64,000 bases of DNA, taken from assembly GCF_024521635.1 (NCBI RefSeq), contig NW_026250431.1, forward strand, positions 248,001-312,000. Direction: 5' to 3'. This DNA comes from Tricharina praecox (lineage: Eukaryota). A model generated the notes under the pieces. The model did not search any database. It saw only the letters and a program-made list of their open reading frames with translations, and was not told the DNA's origin. The translations under genes and the position numbers were made by a program. This document shows, piece after piece, positions 1-13,458 of this stretch. The stretch's first letter is position 1, and each line of letters starts with the position of its first letter.

Positions 1-395
1 ACCGATCCGCTTGCGCGTGTCCACGGCCGGGATCGCCGACCGCGCCGCAAGGATTTGGTCGCTCTTGAGTGGCTTCAACGTCCGCGCCTCGCGCCGCACG
101 ATCGCATCGTCCCCCCCAAAGTCCATCGCGAAGAGAAGGTCGTCCGACTTTTCCTTGATCACTCCACTGTAAGTGCGTGCGAGCGGTGTCAGCTTCATTT
201 CATTGACACTACCGGCAGGAGCATGGCGGGGTCGTGGTGGGGGTGAATCGCAGTGGATACTACATACCCTTGAGTAATCTCCTCGCGCACCTGCTCGAGG
301 CCCGTCTCGACCGCACTGATGTCAACATTCTTGCGCCAGGCCTTTTTTCCCTTGCGGGAGGGCTGCTTTGATTTTCCCGGGGGTGCAGTCGACAT
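1..395 (-). CDS. NOP53: Ribosome biogenesis protein Nop53/GLTSCR2, 5' part (runs off window start)
   Basis: MSTAPPGKSKQPSRKGKKAWRKNVDI matches the Nop53 N-terminal motif; GT..AG intron 267-167 restores ...ITQG-GVIKEK. Confidence 0.9.
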
Positions 396-896
396 GTTTG
401 TTGCTTCGTAGTCGTGAGGTTTGTGTGTGGCGGAGTTGTGGTTGTGAGAGAGAGGTTTTGGTAACAATACCTGCTAACCTTCGGTTTTGCGTCGAACTTG
501 CAAAAAGGCAAAAAATGTTTAAAACTCAAATCCTAGCTGAAAGCTGCATGCACGCCAAGACAGCGTCACGTCGGAAATCACTCGGGTAATTAGCACGGTC
601 ACGGGCTTAAGTGGTCGTCGGAGAGTAATAGAACAGACACTACCAACGAATAGCACCGCCGCTCAAACGATAGGAACCGCCGTTGGAGAGAGAGAAAGCC
701 AATTGTCACATGCGGTGATTTATGAACCCGTGATCTATGCACCCAGTGATTTATCCAGAGATCTATGAACCCATATCCAACGCATTAACTACGGTACGTT
801 CGATTTTGCGCCCATAATATTCCGAGTAAACACTTGTCGGATCATCCCTCCATCTCTCCATCCCTCCATCCCTCCGTCCCTCCCTCCCGTGCACAA

Positions 897-2931
897 TCAC
901 ATCTCGACACCCTGCAGCCTGAAGAACACCTTGGTTAACTCGTCGAGCGCGTCACTCTTCTCGCCAGAGTTCTTCTTGATCTCAATGACCATGACGCCGA
1001 CATTGTCGCTATCCTTCTTCTCGTCGCCCTCGAGGACGGTCTTGACCAGCTCCTTCTCGGCTTCCAGATGGGGGAAAACCCGTTTCGCACCCTGCGGTTC
1101 TCGGCCGAACAGTGCGAGTGCGAACCAGCCCTCGCTGCGCACCACGGGGTATTTGTCCTGCCGGACCATGTCCCAAATCGCCTCTTCGACCACTGCCGAG
1201 TGCGAGAGGAGCGCGGCGAGGAGCAGCTGGTTACCCTCTTCTTCGGCATAGATTATGCGGAGCATGGCGGCAATCGTGCGCGAGATCTCGACTTTGACGG
1301 GGAGCTCTTCGACCTCGCTGTAGCGCTTGAGGAAGAGGGCGAAGAGGGATTCCTCGTCTGGCGTGCTGGATAGCAACTTCTCTGTGTTTTCAACTGGGAG
1401 ATGTTAATTGGGGAGTAGCCATAGAGGGTGTGTGTGAAGACTTGCAAGTATTGACGATCGACAATCTCCCTAGACTCACGGCAGAGTACCAGACTTGTCC
1501 AACACCCACACCTTCCATGGTCAACATGCATCTGATCGTCCTGAAGGCGCCGCCGTCGACAAGCGGCTTCTTGTTCTGCGCAGGAATCGCCAAGTTCTTG
1601 AGCACTCCGACAGCGGCATGGATCACACCAACCGACATGGCACCCGTCGGCGGCCTTGGCTTCCCGGTGTCGGCTTCAATCTCGGGCTCCTCCTTTTTAG
1701 GCTCCCTGAGCCTCCTCACCGACTCTTCGAACTTGGCCGCGGTGTCTTCAACCACCTTGAACAACGGAAGGTGCAGCCCCGTCTGCACAAGCGTGGTGCA
1801 CACCTCATCGCTCCTGCCCACATTTCCAAACACCATGCAAGCCGCCACCACCAATTCTTCGCGTCCTGGCTTGATCTCGAGCCATCCCTCGACGCGCTTC
1901 ATCACCTCACTGCCAAGCGGATGACCATCCAGGAACTCAGGCTCCGTCGCGATGTCTCCCACTGCCTCGATGAGCTGATTACGAGCGTAAGCGGCTAAGC
2001 TCCTATCTTTCGCCTCTTTCTCGGGATCGACCGGTAGTTCGTAGGTCTTCTCGATGGTGTCCAGAACCCGCGCGAACAGTCCATCTCCCTTTAGCACGAG
2101 CGTCTGAAAGCGGTGCGTGGTGAGAAGCGATGAGATGATCGCTATGAGCGATAGCGCAGTGTCGAAGCTCTCGTCGCCAGACTCGAGGTGTCGGAGCAAC
2201 GTCTCGAGGCCGGATTCTGGGGTTGCCGCTTTTCCGGCGTCGTGAGTCAATAGCACCTCGAGGACGCGAAGGAAGTAGTCAAGTTCGCCATTGAAGTCGG
2301 CATCGCCGATGATGGAAAACAGTGTCTGACAAGCCTGTTTTTCGATGGCGGCTAGTTGTGAGGGCTCTCTAGACGAGTCAGCTGTGGTTGGTGGTAGTAG
2401 CTATGCGACGGGGAAGGTAAACCGTAATCGGTACAGATGTTCAACAGCACCACCGACGCAATAAGTTGTCTCTCCGGGTCGACGAGTGCGGTGACGAAGG
2501 GTTCTATGCCGAGTGGTTCCTCAAGAACGCGCTTTCTGTTTGCATCTAAGCTCCTGTCAGCCATTGTCCTTTCGTATAACCGAGCGCGAATCACCTTTCT
2601 CCGCACACGCATTGCCCACAATCTTAAGCGCGTTCAGCCTGAGACCTGGCTCCTTTGCAGTGGGGATCAATCCCTGGAAGAAGGCAAGCACTCCTGACTC
2701 GCCGATTGGTATCCGCCATCTCTCTAAGTGCTGCTGTCAGCTGGAGGGTCTTTCGTGAAGCGATTTAAATACAATACCATCGCGGCTGGCCATCCAGAGC
2801 TTTGTCGAGACGGAGCTCAAGGTCTCTTCGGGCAGGGTGGTAAGAGTCTCGAGGAACTGTTCGAGAGCATTGCTAGACTTGTCCTCGGCCTGCAGGATGT
2901 TGTCGAGAATTATGAGCGTGTCCGTAGCCAT
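897..2931 (-). CDS. ARM-repeat protein, Rap1 GDP-dissociation stimulator (SmgGDS/RAP1GDS1, Bem4-like); multi-exon
   Basis: Collinear ORF pieces 2931-2737, 2621-2352, 2256-1390, 1376-897 with ARM-like segments (SVVLLNICTDY, ACMVFGNVGRSDEVC, HAAVGVLKNLAIP). Confidence 0.75.
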
Positions 2932-3269
2932 TGTTGATAGATACGGCGGTAGATTGAAGTGATTGTATGGTGGTGATGGGGTGATGGTGGGGGTGGTGGG
3001 GCGAATGGGGGATTGGAGACACCTCCCTTGCTGAGCGGGCGTAGTTACAGGGAGCTGGAAGCAGGGAACTTACTAGGACCTAATTAGGTAGCTTCGCGTT
3101 CCACAGCATCTCTCCTTTAAGCCTCACAGCGATTCTCGCCAACAACTGTCCTCTATTCCCACTTCCTCCATCTACCTACAACAACCACCACCACGCTCAT
3201 TCCATACCATCACCACCACCGCGAATCTTCTGATACCCACACCCAACACCCAGACACCGCTCCTTCATC

Positions 3270-3682
3270 ATGACACGCGCAACACAGCACATCTCGCTCC
3301 TCTTCATCCTCTCCTCGGTAACGCTACCCCATCCACACACCAATCGCTCACATTCACGCACATACAGCTAACACGTCCTGCAGGTGTACCTCGCCGCCTT
3401 CCTGGAGCTGATCCCGTTCCCGGCCAAGATCCAAACCGAAATCATCCCCGTCCTTCCGTTCTGGGTCATCGTCAGCTTCGGCGCCTACCTCCTGTTCTCG
3501 CTCGGAATGGGCGTGCTCACGTTCAAGGACACCGAGAGCGCGTACGATGAGCTCGTCTCGGTTCGTTCATCTGGCGTGGAGAGGGTGCAGAGGGTGAAGC
3601 ATAGACTGACGCGTTCGTGGCTGTATAGGAGATCGATCTGGCTAAGCGGGACCTCCGGGCGAGGGGCGTGACGGTGGATTAG
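3270..3682 (+). CDS. DPM3: Dolichol-phosphate mannosyltransferase subunit 3
   Basis: MTRATQ... start; introns 3318-3383 and 3561-3628; IIPVLPFWVIVSFGAYLL...FKD...AYDEL...EIDLAKRDLRARGVTVD*. Confidence 0.92.
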
Positions 3683-3873
3683 ACTACTGTTGGGGAGTAC
3701 GATCAAGGGAGAGCGGGTGATGGCGTGTATTGTAATGGAGGAGGAGGTGGAGGAGGGGAGCGAGAGGGTTGCAGAGTGCGATATGGTGGTATCATGGTTT
3801 AATCTTTCCTAGACGGTATCGCCGAGTTCTTGTCCAAAATCAAGGGGCCGACGTGCCCACCCACCCACAATAA

Positions 3874-4512
3874 CTACGCCTTGCCTTTGAGCCTCTTCTC
3901 CGTTTCCATAAAAACCCTGAGTCCCACAGGAATGTCCTCAAACCCGTCCCACAGCCCCTCCACCTCGCCCGCATCCGCCGCATCCTCCCCACCCCTCTCA
4001 GTCAGCTTGAGCCGCTCCTCCGCGCGCCTCTTCGCGCGCCTCCACTCATCCAAGTCCTCAACGAACGCACTAAGCACGCAGTTGACGCACCCGCTCATGC
4101 AGCAATTATCTGGCTCGACCGGCTTCGGCGGAACCCATACACCAGCGATCATCTGCCCGCGCGTCTGCTTATCCTTCAGCCGCGCCTCGTCGTCGCCCGG
4201 CCCTGCCAGTCGCGACCCGAACACCACCCGTGCACGCGCCTCGCGCTCCTGCTGCTCCGGGGGCGTACTCGGCTCGTGCGGCGAGAACGGCTCCGTCGCG
4301 GGGACCGCCGGGTCCGCGGCGGAGGCGGGGGTTATCACCCGTGCGCCCGGCGGGAGTGCGTTCGCGGGCGTGAGCGGGTACAGAAGTAGGTCCGCGTAGA
4401 ATCCCGTCAGTGGGTAGGCTTGCGTGCTGGTGGTGGGCAAGGGAGTGGGAGGTTTGCGCGTGCTGCTGCTGTAGGACCGCAGGAGTGGGCGGAGGAGGAG
4501 GTGGCGCGACAT
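3874..4512 (-). CDS. Oxidoreductase-like domain protein (OXLD1/UPF0651 family), probably mitochondrial
   Basis: PPKPVEPDNCCMSGCVNCV signature; Arg/Leu/Ser-rich N-terminus. Confidence 0.85.
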   Translation of the reverse strand: MSRHLLLRPLLRSYSSSTRKPPTPLPTTSTQAYPLTGFYADLLLYPLTPANALPPGARVITPASAADPAVPATEPFSPHEPSTPPEQQEREARARVVFGSRLAGPGDDEARLKDKQTRGQMIAGVWVPPKPVEPDNCCMSGCVNCVLSAFVEDLDEWRRAKRRAEERLKLTERGGEDAADAGEVEGLWDGFEDIPVGLRVFMETEKRLKGKA

Positions 4513-5000
4513 CGTGGGTGTGCCGTGTCCGTGTGCATCGGTTTGGGTGTTTCGGCTGGGCTGGGGGGCGGTTCAGGTTCAGTGTGGGTGGTCTATCGGT
4601 AACTACGGTAGTTGCTCTCGAGGCTGCGGGGCCGAGGAATTGGCTGGGATCACGGAAGTGGCGGGAATTCTGTGAACTAACCGACGGTCCGACGCCCCAG
4701 AATGCCGTATTTATGGAACTACCGTACCGTCGATGATTGAGGGCCCTAGTCACGAAGAAAACAGTCCGGCAGAGATTACAAGGCTTCATCGGATGAGAAG
4801 GTTAATCGCCCCTGTGCCACTCGAACAGACTCATCGCAGCGATGTGAGAGGCCGTCTTGTCATATGTAGAATGTGCCTACGGCCAGTTAGCACAGCCGCA
4901 GAGCCGCAGAGACCCCTCTACGCACTTGTGGCGCGCATTTAGTTAACTACCGCAGTCAGGTGCGAAGGGGAACCCTGAGTAACTAAATTGTAACTGAGAG

Positions 5001-7584
5001 ATGCCCCTCCCCCGCATCTTGTTTCAGGCAGTAACCTCAACGACCACCACCTCCATCGTCCGCCGGCCTGTGCTGCTGCTGCCTCGTCTCAAATCCTTCG
5101 CTGCTGCGAGCGTGCCGATTTCTCATAGAACATACTCCGCAATGGCGTCCGCAACCCCCCTCCGCCGCGAACAGCCGCCCTGGTCCGCCCCCGAATCGTC
5201 CGCGCCGCTGCCCCCTCTCTCCATCTACAACACGCTCACGCGCAAGAAGGACGCATTCATGCCGATCGACAAGAGCGGGAAGAAGGTGACGTGGTACTGT
5301 TGCGGGCCGACAGTTTACGATGCGGCACATCTCGGCCATGCGCGGAACTATGTCACCACCGATGTGCTGCGCAGGATCATGCGGGACTACTTTGGCTTCG
5401 ATGTGACGTTCGTGCAGAACGTGACCGATGTCGATGACAAGGTGCGAGGCAGAGATTGCAAGCACCGAGAGAGGACTGGCTGATGCGGCGTAGATCATCT
5501 TGCGCGCCCGCCAGAAACACCTTCTGGACGAGTTCGCGGGACTGAACCCCAGCGTCACAGCGGAGGTCCTGGAAACGGCGGGAAAGGCGTGGCACGCCTA
5601 CTTCGACAAGAACGCTGCTCTGGACCCGGAGGACTTGGGAACGACTCCGGAGCAGTTTGACGCATGGTCAGAGAGCAAGCACGGAATCCTGATGGAGCTC
5701 ATCGCGAAGGAGGCTAGCAAGTCCGGAGTGGAGGAGGAGGTCATTCTGGACGAGAAGCAGACAAAGTACAAGATGCACCTCAACACGCTGCTCACTGCGT
5801 CGCGCGCGATCCTTTGTACCCCTTCGACGGCCGACGAGTTCTACGCTGCCACCACGTCGGTGCTCCTGCCATACCTCGACTCACTGCACAAGAACCGCGA
5901 CTTCGAGCCCGCCGTCTTCGCGAAGCTCTCGAGCTACTGGGAACGCCACTTCAACGAGGACATGGCAACCCTCAATGTCCTTCCTCCTACCGTGGTGACC
6001 CGCGTCTCGGAGTTCATCCCCGAGAACGTCGAGTTCGTTCGCAAGCTCGTCGAGAAGGGATTCGCGTACCCGACCGCTGACGGATCAGTTTACTTCGACA
6101 TCGCTGCGTATGAGGGTGCCGGTCACAGCTATGCTAAGCTGCAACCTTGGAATCGTGGCGACGAGAGTTTGATCGCGGATGGAGAAGGAGCCCTCGCCTC
6201 ATCCAAGGCCTCCACCCTCCCCAACACCGTCAACACTTCTCTTCCCGAGACGAAAAAGTCCAAGCACGACTTCGCCCTCTGGAAGGCATCGAAGGCCGGC
6301 GAGCCATCGTGGGAGAGCCCGTGGGGCAAGGGCAGGCCCGGTTGGCACATCGAGTGCTCGGTGATGTGCTCCGCCGTTCTCGGCGAGCAGATCGACATTC
6401 ACTCCGGCGGCGTGGACCTCGCCTTCCCCCACCACGACAACGAGATCGCACAGAGCGAAGCCTACTGGGACTGTGCCGACGGCAAGTGCGCCACCGCCGA
6501 CGGGAAGCACCAGTGGATCAACTACTTCCTACACATGGGCCACCTACAGATCCACGGCAGCAAGATGTCCAAGTCGCTCAAGAACTTTGTTTCCGTCCGC
6601 GATGCGCTGCAGCGCGGGGGGTGGACCGCCCGCGGTCTCCGTATCGTATTCCTCCTCGGCGGATGGAAGGAGGGAATCGAGGTGCGCGAGGGCGTCCTCG
6701 CCGAAGCCAAGAGCTGGGAAACGGTGGTTAACAAATTCTTCACCAACGTCAAAGCGCTCATGACGGAAGAGGAGCTCGCGGAGGTGGCTGGCAAGCCTGC
6801 TCCGCAGCCCTACGGCGCGCTCGAACACTCGCTCGCCAAGTCTCTCGACGACGCGCGCCGGAAGCTCGACCTCGCGCTCTGCGACAGCTTCAACACCGCC
6901 GAGGCCATGGGCGTCCTCCTCGAGCTGATCAGCGCCACGAACATTTACATGAAATCGACGGCGTCGCTGGCGATCGTCAAGGAAGTCGCGCGCTGGATCA
7001 CCCGTGTCACCACCATCTTCGGCCTCGACTCGACTCCCACCTCCACCGTCGGCTGGACCACCGAAGCCACCGCCGCCGCCAACGCCGAGGAGGCCGCTAT
7101 GCCGTACATCCGGCTGCTCTCGTCCTTCCGCGACAGCATCCGCACCATCGCGATCGCCGACCCCGCCTCCGCCAGTTCCAGGGAGATCCTCTCGCTGTGC
7201 GACCGGCTCCGCGATATCGAGCTCGCCGACCTCGGCGTCTCCCTCGACGACCGTGACGCCAGCCGTCCCGCGCTAGTGAAGTTCGTCCCCGCCGAGGAGC
7301 TGCGCGCCGCCAGGGAGGAAAAGGAGCGAAAACTGGCCGAGAAGGACGCCAAGAAGGAGGAGGCCAGGAGGAAGCGCGAGGAGGAGGACAGAAAGAAGGA
7401 TGAGGCCGCAAAAGTCGATCCTACGACGATGTTCAGAACGCCGGAATGGAGCGAGTGGGATGCGGACGGAATGCCCACGAAAGATGCGAAGGGCGAGGAG
7501 GTCACGAAGTCCAGGAGTAAGGCGCTCAAGAAGCTCTGGGACAGGCAGAAGAAGGCCCATGACGCTTGGAAGGCGAAGCAGTAG
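5001..7584 (+). CDS. CRS1: Cysteinyl-tRNA synthetase (class I), with N-terminal presequence-like extension
   Basis: [46 protein letters not shown] and KMSKS motifs; intron 5442-5493. Confidence 0.97.
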
Positions 7585-8032
7585 TTGCAGGGATAGTTAG
7601 AGCGCGTCTAGGCTCTCGGCTCTGGGGACATTTTATTTTGCCGATATGATGCGATCGGAATGGAAAATAGGTTTTGTCTTTTTGTTTTTTTTTTGTTTTT
7701 ACATAGAAATGAATCGCAGCGCCACTCATTCACATTGTGCTCAGCATGCACAGGTGATCCACCGTCAGGGAAGGTCGCATCGAGTGACTCAGCGTGCTCC
7801 ATCCACGTGTCCGCAGTCCCACACCTCGGGTCGGAGTTTTCCAGCTTCGGAGATTTATGCGGACGCGCTGCTAGTTACAGTAGTAGTGGCCACAAGTCTC
7901 AGAGCAAAATAAAGGGTCTGGATGCCATGCTTCCGGTGCCCTCAGGGATAAGTATAGTAGTAGTATACTGTATACGTGCCCTCAATCTCTAGCAAAACGG
8001 AACCTGGACACCTATCTACATACCACCTCAAG

Positions 8033-9386
8033 ATGCGTCTCTTCAACTCGACCGTGCCAGAACTGCACCACTCTACACACACCGTCGGCCTACGCACGCA
8101 TAGCAACGGCGTGGTGCCCTTATCCTCCTTCGCGACGCCCTTGATCCCGCCCTACTACGGCAACCCACTGCTCTTCAACGGCCACCTGCAAACCGCCTGG
8201 ACAGTGACCAAGTTCGGCGACCCGTTCACGATCCACTACGCGCGGCGGCACTTCGTGCACCCGGTCGACGGCGGGCACTTCGCCGTCGACTTTGTCGTGC
8301 CCGCGTTCCCGGAATCCGAGTCACCCGATGACCTGCCCGTGCGCACGCGCCACATGGCGCCCGAGGACCGCGCGGCGCACGATAAGGGCACGGAGGACAC
8401 ACGACCAATGCTCGTGGCGCTCCATGGGCTGAGCGGCGGCAGCCACGAGGTCTACCTGCGCGCGATGCTGCACGGCTTGCTCGCGGGTCCCGGGGGCGAC
8501 GAGTGGGAGGCCTGCGTGATCAATGCGCGCGGGTGCGCAATGAGCAGCATCTCCTCGAAGCAGCTATTCAATGCGCGGTGGACCGCGGATTTGCGGGAAG
8601 TGGTCAAGTTCCTGCGCAAGACGTTTCCGAACCGCCCGCTGTACGCGATCGGGTTCTCGCTCGGCGCGAATATTCTCACGAACTATCTTGGCGAGGAGGG
8701 GGAGAGCTGTGGGCTCGTCGCGGCCGTCGTCTGCTCAAACCCCTGGCAGCTGGATGTTAGCCACAAGGCGCTGATGCGCTCGTGGGTCGGCAAGGAGGTG
8801 TACTCCAAGGTCATGGCGGCGAATATGCGCCGGCTGTTTGAGTCGCACATCGACCAGCTATCGCTGGACGAGCGCATCGATGTCGAGGCCGTAAGGAACT
8901 CTGTCTACCTCCACGAGTTTGACCGCGAGATCACCGCAAAAGTCTTCGGATACCCGACCGTCGGCGCGTACTACCGCGATGCGAGCTCGACAGATAAGCT
9001 GCTCAAGGTCAGAGTGCCAATGCTCGTCGTCCATGCGAAGGATGATCCCATCGCCGTCGAGGAGGCGGTGCCGTACGACGAGGCGAAGGCGAATCCGTAC
9101 GTGTTCATGGTTGTCACGGAGGGTGGGGGGCATCTGAGCTGGTTCGAGACTGGCGGTGGGAGGTGGTTCGCAAAGCCGGTATGATGATCTTTTTTTTCTT
9201 CTTTTCTTCCTGTGGTGGTTGCTTACGATATATATCTAGATCTCCAACTTCTTGAATGCGTTCGCCAAGGATGTGATCGAGGTTGTTCCTCCATCCGCAG
9301 ACGATACTCCGGACACTCCCGTCGTCATCGGCGGTGTCCCGCAGGACGGGCTCCTCGATATAGCCCAGTTAAAGAAGATGGAGTAA
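8033..9386 (+). CDS. Alpha/beta hydrolase of EHT1/EEB1/YMR210W (ABHD1-3) family
   Basis: NGHLQT, LHGLSGGSHEVY, nucleophile GFSLG, HAKDDP and GGHLSWFE motifs; intron 9179-9239 gives final exon ISNFLNAF...KKME*. Confidence 0.9.
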
Positions 9387-9675
9387 GCGGGTGGAGGAGG
9401 AGGAGGGAGAAAAGGAAGGGAAGGGGAAATAGAGGCATCACTAGGAGTTTTTCTGCATTTTCATCCTCTCAGATTAGCCACGGGGAGATACCAGAGAATA
9501 GTCAGTCGTCAACGTAGATCTGTTCCTTTTGTTTTGTACAATACTATAGATAGAACTACCATTACCCAACGCCAAAATGAATATCGCATGTAAACCTGTA
9601 GACGAAGAAAAACAAAAGCACAACTTTTCGACATGACCTGGTATACACAGTACGGCCCACCGCTCACGCCCACGC

Positions 9676-10288
9676 TCACGCAAAGCCCACCTTCTTCTTG
9701 GGCTTGCCACCCTTTCCGAGCGGCTCCTCGCCGAACGCCGACGGCTCCGGTTTACCCGACTTCCGTTTCCGCCGGACTTTGTCTTTCGTCTCGTCGAACT
9801 TCTCACGTCGCTGCTCGTCACGCTTCTCGTCCTCGCGTCTCCGGGCCTCCCTTATGGCCTCGACTTTCCTCTAATCGCATTGTCAGCGCATGTTCCTCGT
9901 TCCTCCCTCCCGTCAGGGAACATACCGCTCTCTCCAATTTACTCTCGACGCCGACATCATGTTTCCCGGCGGCCTGCTCGACGAAGCGGTGCAGCTTATC
10001 AGCATCATGATCGTCGACGAAGACCTTTCCGATCTTTCCACGTCCGCCCTTGATCTTTCCCGACGCGGCAGCGGGCACGACCGTGTTCAACGTCGGCAGC
10101 GTCTTCTCGAGCCGCGCCATGTCCGCCGCCCGCCGCTTCGGCGTGCGCTTGTCGTTGCGCAACGGCTTCTTCGCTATCCCCAGCGCGGTGTGCGTGCTGC
10201 GGATCCCGCCTTTCGACTTTGCAGCCCGGGAGGCTTTGGGCGCTTTCTTGGGCTGCGAGGCAGAGGCCGTGGGAGGCTTGGGCGCCAT
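9676..10288 (-). CDS. LOC1: 60S ribosomal subunit assembly/export protein Loc1
   Basis: Lys/Arg-rich protein with LPTLN...GKVFVDD...ESKLERA, intron 9925-9871, then RKVEAIREARR...KKKVGFA*. Confidence 0.82.
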
Positions 10289-10543
10289 TTTTGTAGCGTG
10301 GGTTGGGGGGTGGTGGGTTTGTGGTGGTGGTGGTGGTGCAGAGCAGTGCTGAGGTGCTGAGGTGCTGAGGTCTGGTCTGGTGGGATGGAGCGTGAAGATT
10401 TGGGTGGTGAGCCAAGACGGCGGTTGCCGCTGCCAACTACGCTACTCTAGGCACCCTAAGTAGAGTCCCGACGCTGGTCAACTACTTCACAGATACACGA
10501 ACGTCATCCCCCCTCCGCCCACCCCACCGCCAACAACCCCACA

Positions 10544-11105
10544 ATGTCGACCATCGCCCCTCTCGCTGCGCAAACGCTCGCGCAGGACACACACATCATC
10601 TACGATCCCGGGCACGGCGACATCGCGCCGTCGACGTCTGCCGACAGCAAGATCCCGCTGCGCCGTTCGCACCACAACAACGACGACATTGACGACGATG
10701 ACGACCGCCACTCGATCTCGTCGTCGATCCTCAACTACCACGACGAGCGGCCGGCACGACGGCCGCTGCCGCCGCTGCCAGACCTGAGGTTCGAGCAGAG
10801 CTACATGGCCAGCATTGCGCCGGCCCAGGGCGTCTGGTGGAAGGTCGCCTTGATCACCATGAAGGATCAGGTGCTCATGCCGCTGCTCCAGGGCCTGGGC
10901 TTCAATCTGGCGCTGTTCGGGTGGCGATGGTGGAATAGGGGCGTGAAATTTAGCGGCGCGGGAGTGGGCGGTGGGTTCTCTTTCTCTTTCACGCTCTATA
11001 CGATACGTTGGATATTTGGAGGGGATGCTGACGGGCGGAATAGCCAAGGTGAGGAGATGGTGGTGGGAGGTCAACAACTGGAAGCTTCCTACCGAGGCGC
11101 GGTAG
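10544..11105 (+). CDS. Fungal DUF1770 family protein
   Basis: PLPPLPDLRFEQSY...DQVLMPLLQG motif; intron ~10972-11043 then KVRRWWWEVNNWKLP. Confidence 0.82.
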
Positions 11106-11177
11106 ATATGGCAGCAGCAGTATTCTCGCAGTATCCATTTACCTATCGTTCTGGCGTTCTTTTTGTTTTGAATTGAC

Positions 11178-12095
11178 CTACGCCCGCTCCTTATTCCACC
11201 CCACACAATCCTCAAACTTTACCTTATCCCCGCCAAAAATATCGAGCGCACTGCCATACGTAAGGTCCACCTTTCCCCCACTGAGCTCCTCCACCGTCGC
11301 CAGATCCTGAATGCTATACGCCCCGCCCGCATACGTCACCGGGATCGTCGCCCACTCCCCCAGCGCCTTGACCAGATCCTCGTCGATGCCGCGACATAGC
11401 CCCTCCACGTCGGCAGCGTGCACGAGGAATTCGCTGCAGTAGGCGGAGAGTCGGTCGAGGGTTTCTACCACACACGGGCACGTCAATAATTGTCGGAGGG
11501 TGGCAGGGAGGGCGGGAGAGGGGAGAAGGAAAGCCCCTACCTTTGTTAACCTCCAAATCCGTAATCGTCTGCCACCTATCCATAGCAACCCACCACCTGT
11601 CGCCGCGGCGACGACACGACAGGTCAATGACCAGCCCCTCCTTGCCCACCGCGTCGAGGACCTTCCGTAGCCGCTCCATACTGAACGTCGCATTGGGGAA
11701 GAGATAGCTCGTGATGATAACCTGCCCGTGTTCCCGTCAACCGCCTATCCCCTCCCCCCCCCTTCCCCCCCGCCGCTGGGTGCGTGTCTCACCTTCTCGG
11801 CCCCCGCGTCAACCCACGCCTTCGCGTTGACATCATTGATCCCGCCGCCGATCTGCAGTGCATCAGGCCACGCGGCCAGCGCCTCCTCCGCCGCCGCGTC
11901 GCAGCCGGGCCCCAGCTTTATTACGTGACATCCGCTAACCCCGTGCGTGCGGTAAAGCGCCGCAAAGTGTGAGGATGGTAGCGAGGACGTGAAGTTCGTC
12001 TTTAGCGATGATGGTGAACTGTCCGATAGTGTTCCCCCGACTATCTGCTTTACTACCCCTGAGTGCAGGTCGATGCAGCCGCGGAATTTGGTCAT
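11178..12095 (-). CDS. HIS6: ProFAR isomerase (histidine biosynthesis)
   Basis: [45 protein letters not shown] and [13 protein letters not shown] motifs; two introns. Confidence 0.96.
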
Positions 12096-12898
12096 TGCGC
12101 CGGTGGGGTGGGGTTGGTGGAGGAGGAGGAGGAGGCGGCGGAGGAGGCGCGGGCGGGGGAGCGTGATGGGATGGGATGGTGGGGTGGGATGGTGAGGTGG
12201 TGGGGGGTTTGTTAGTGCTGTTATGTGTGTAACTAACCAACTCGAGCCGCACAGGGTACTCTACATAGTGCAGAAGTAGTGACAAGGCTTTGTCAGCTCA
12301 TCGTCCTCTGTAGAATCAGATGCTCGCTCATGATCATGAGTGCATGCGCGGAATTAAGTTGGTTATGTAAACCGGGTGCTGAGTGCTTTTTCGCTCCAAC
12401 TCAACTAAGATTGGATTTGCCGCGCTCTTCTTCCTTAGCTGATACTTATATTGTAGTTAATGCCGACAGTTGGCTCGTCCTGATATAATTCACGGCTTGA
12501 ATTATCTGCCATGAGTGAGTGATCAGCCGTGGTAGTTACGTGGAGGGGGATGCTGCGGGTGATGTATATATGTAGTTTTTCTTACTCGTCTTGTTTCCTT
12601 GAGACCTACCATTCCCGAAAAAGCAACGAAAATAAGCACAACGCCTCAACGAAGATGCGTCGGTTGGCCCAAAATGCAAAACCATCCACGGAGACACAGA
12701 TTTTGGTTCTTCCAATAGCCAAATCCCAACTCTGCACGATGGTGCATTGATCGATGAAAGAAAGTTGCCCGGACTCCGTCATGCCTCGGGTCCACTGAGG
12801 GTAAGCAGGTACCCAATACGATACAGAAACAGAAGTATCACGACGGCGTTCTCCCACACGCTGTACCTAGTACGCGATCCTCCGGCTCGTATATCAAT

Positions 12899-13458
12899 TC
12901 ACGCCGACTTCCTTGCACAAGCTCCGCAAGCCTCCCCCTCCACGAGTCCATCCAGCAGACCCTTTTCCTCCTGCTCCTGCGCGGCATTGTCCCCACGCTC
13001 TGCCGCCACCGGCACCGCGACCGCACCCGCCCTCTCCGCCTCCTGATCACAGAACTCTGCCATGGCCACATCGTTCCCACCCAAACCCACGGGCCGATGG
13101 GTTGTCCAGCGGATCTTGACGATATCATAGACCTGCGCCGTCGTGTCAGCTCGTATCCACCCGCACATCCGCACACCGCCGGCGCATCCCACCACCCCGC
13201 TCATACATTAGCCCACTCGGGATGATGCTTCCGCCGCTCGCTTTCCGCGGCCACGGCATTGACAAACTCCATCGCCTGCGGGAACGATGGGAAGCGGTAG
13301 GTCTTTTCGAGGCCGGTGCCGGCGCGGGAGAGCGTCCATGCCGGAGATGAGGTCAGCAGCGTGTAAGCTGTCGACCGCGTCACGGGCGTCGCCTTGGGTG
13401 TGAAGTTTATCGCGAAGGTGGACATGCTGCGCAGATGGAGGAGCCGGCGGTGGTGCAT
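12899..13458 (-). CDS. Pterin-4-alpha-carbinolamine dehydratase, presequence-like N-terminus
   Basis: LEKTYRFPSF...FVNAVA...KHHPEWAN, intron, VYDIVKIRWTTH...GLGGNDVAMA. Confidence 0.9.

Noticed and set aside
5037..7560. Numerous overlapping and antisense ORFs across CysRS and other GC-rich genes
   Set aside because: Expected shadows of high GC3 codon bias; no independent motifs
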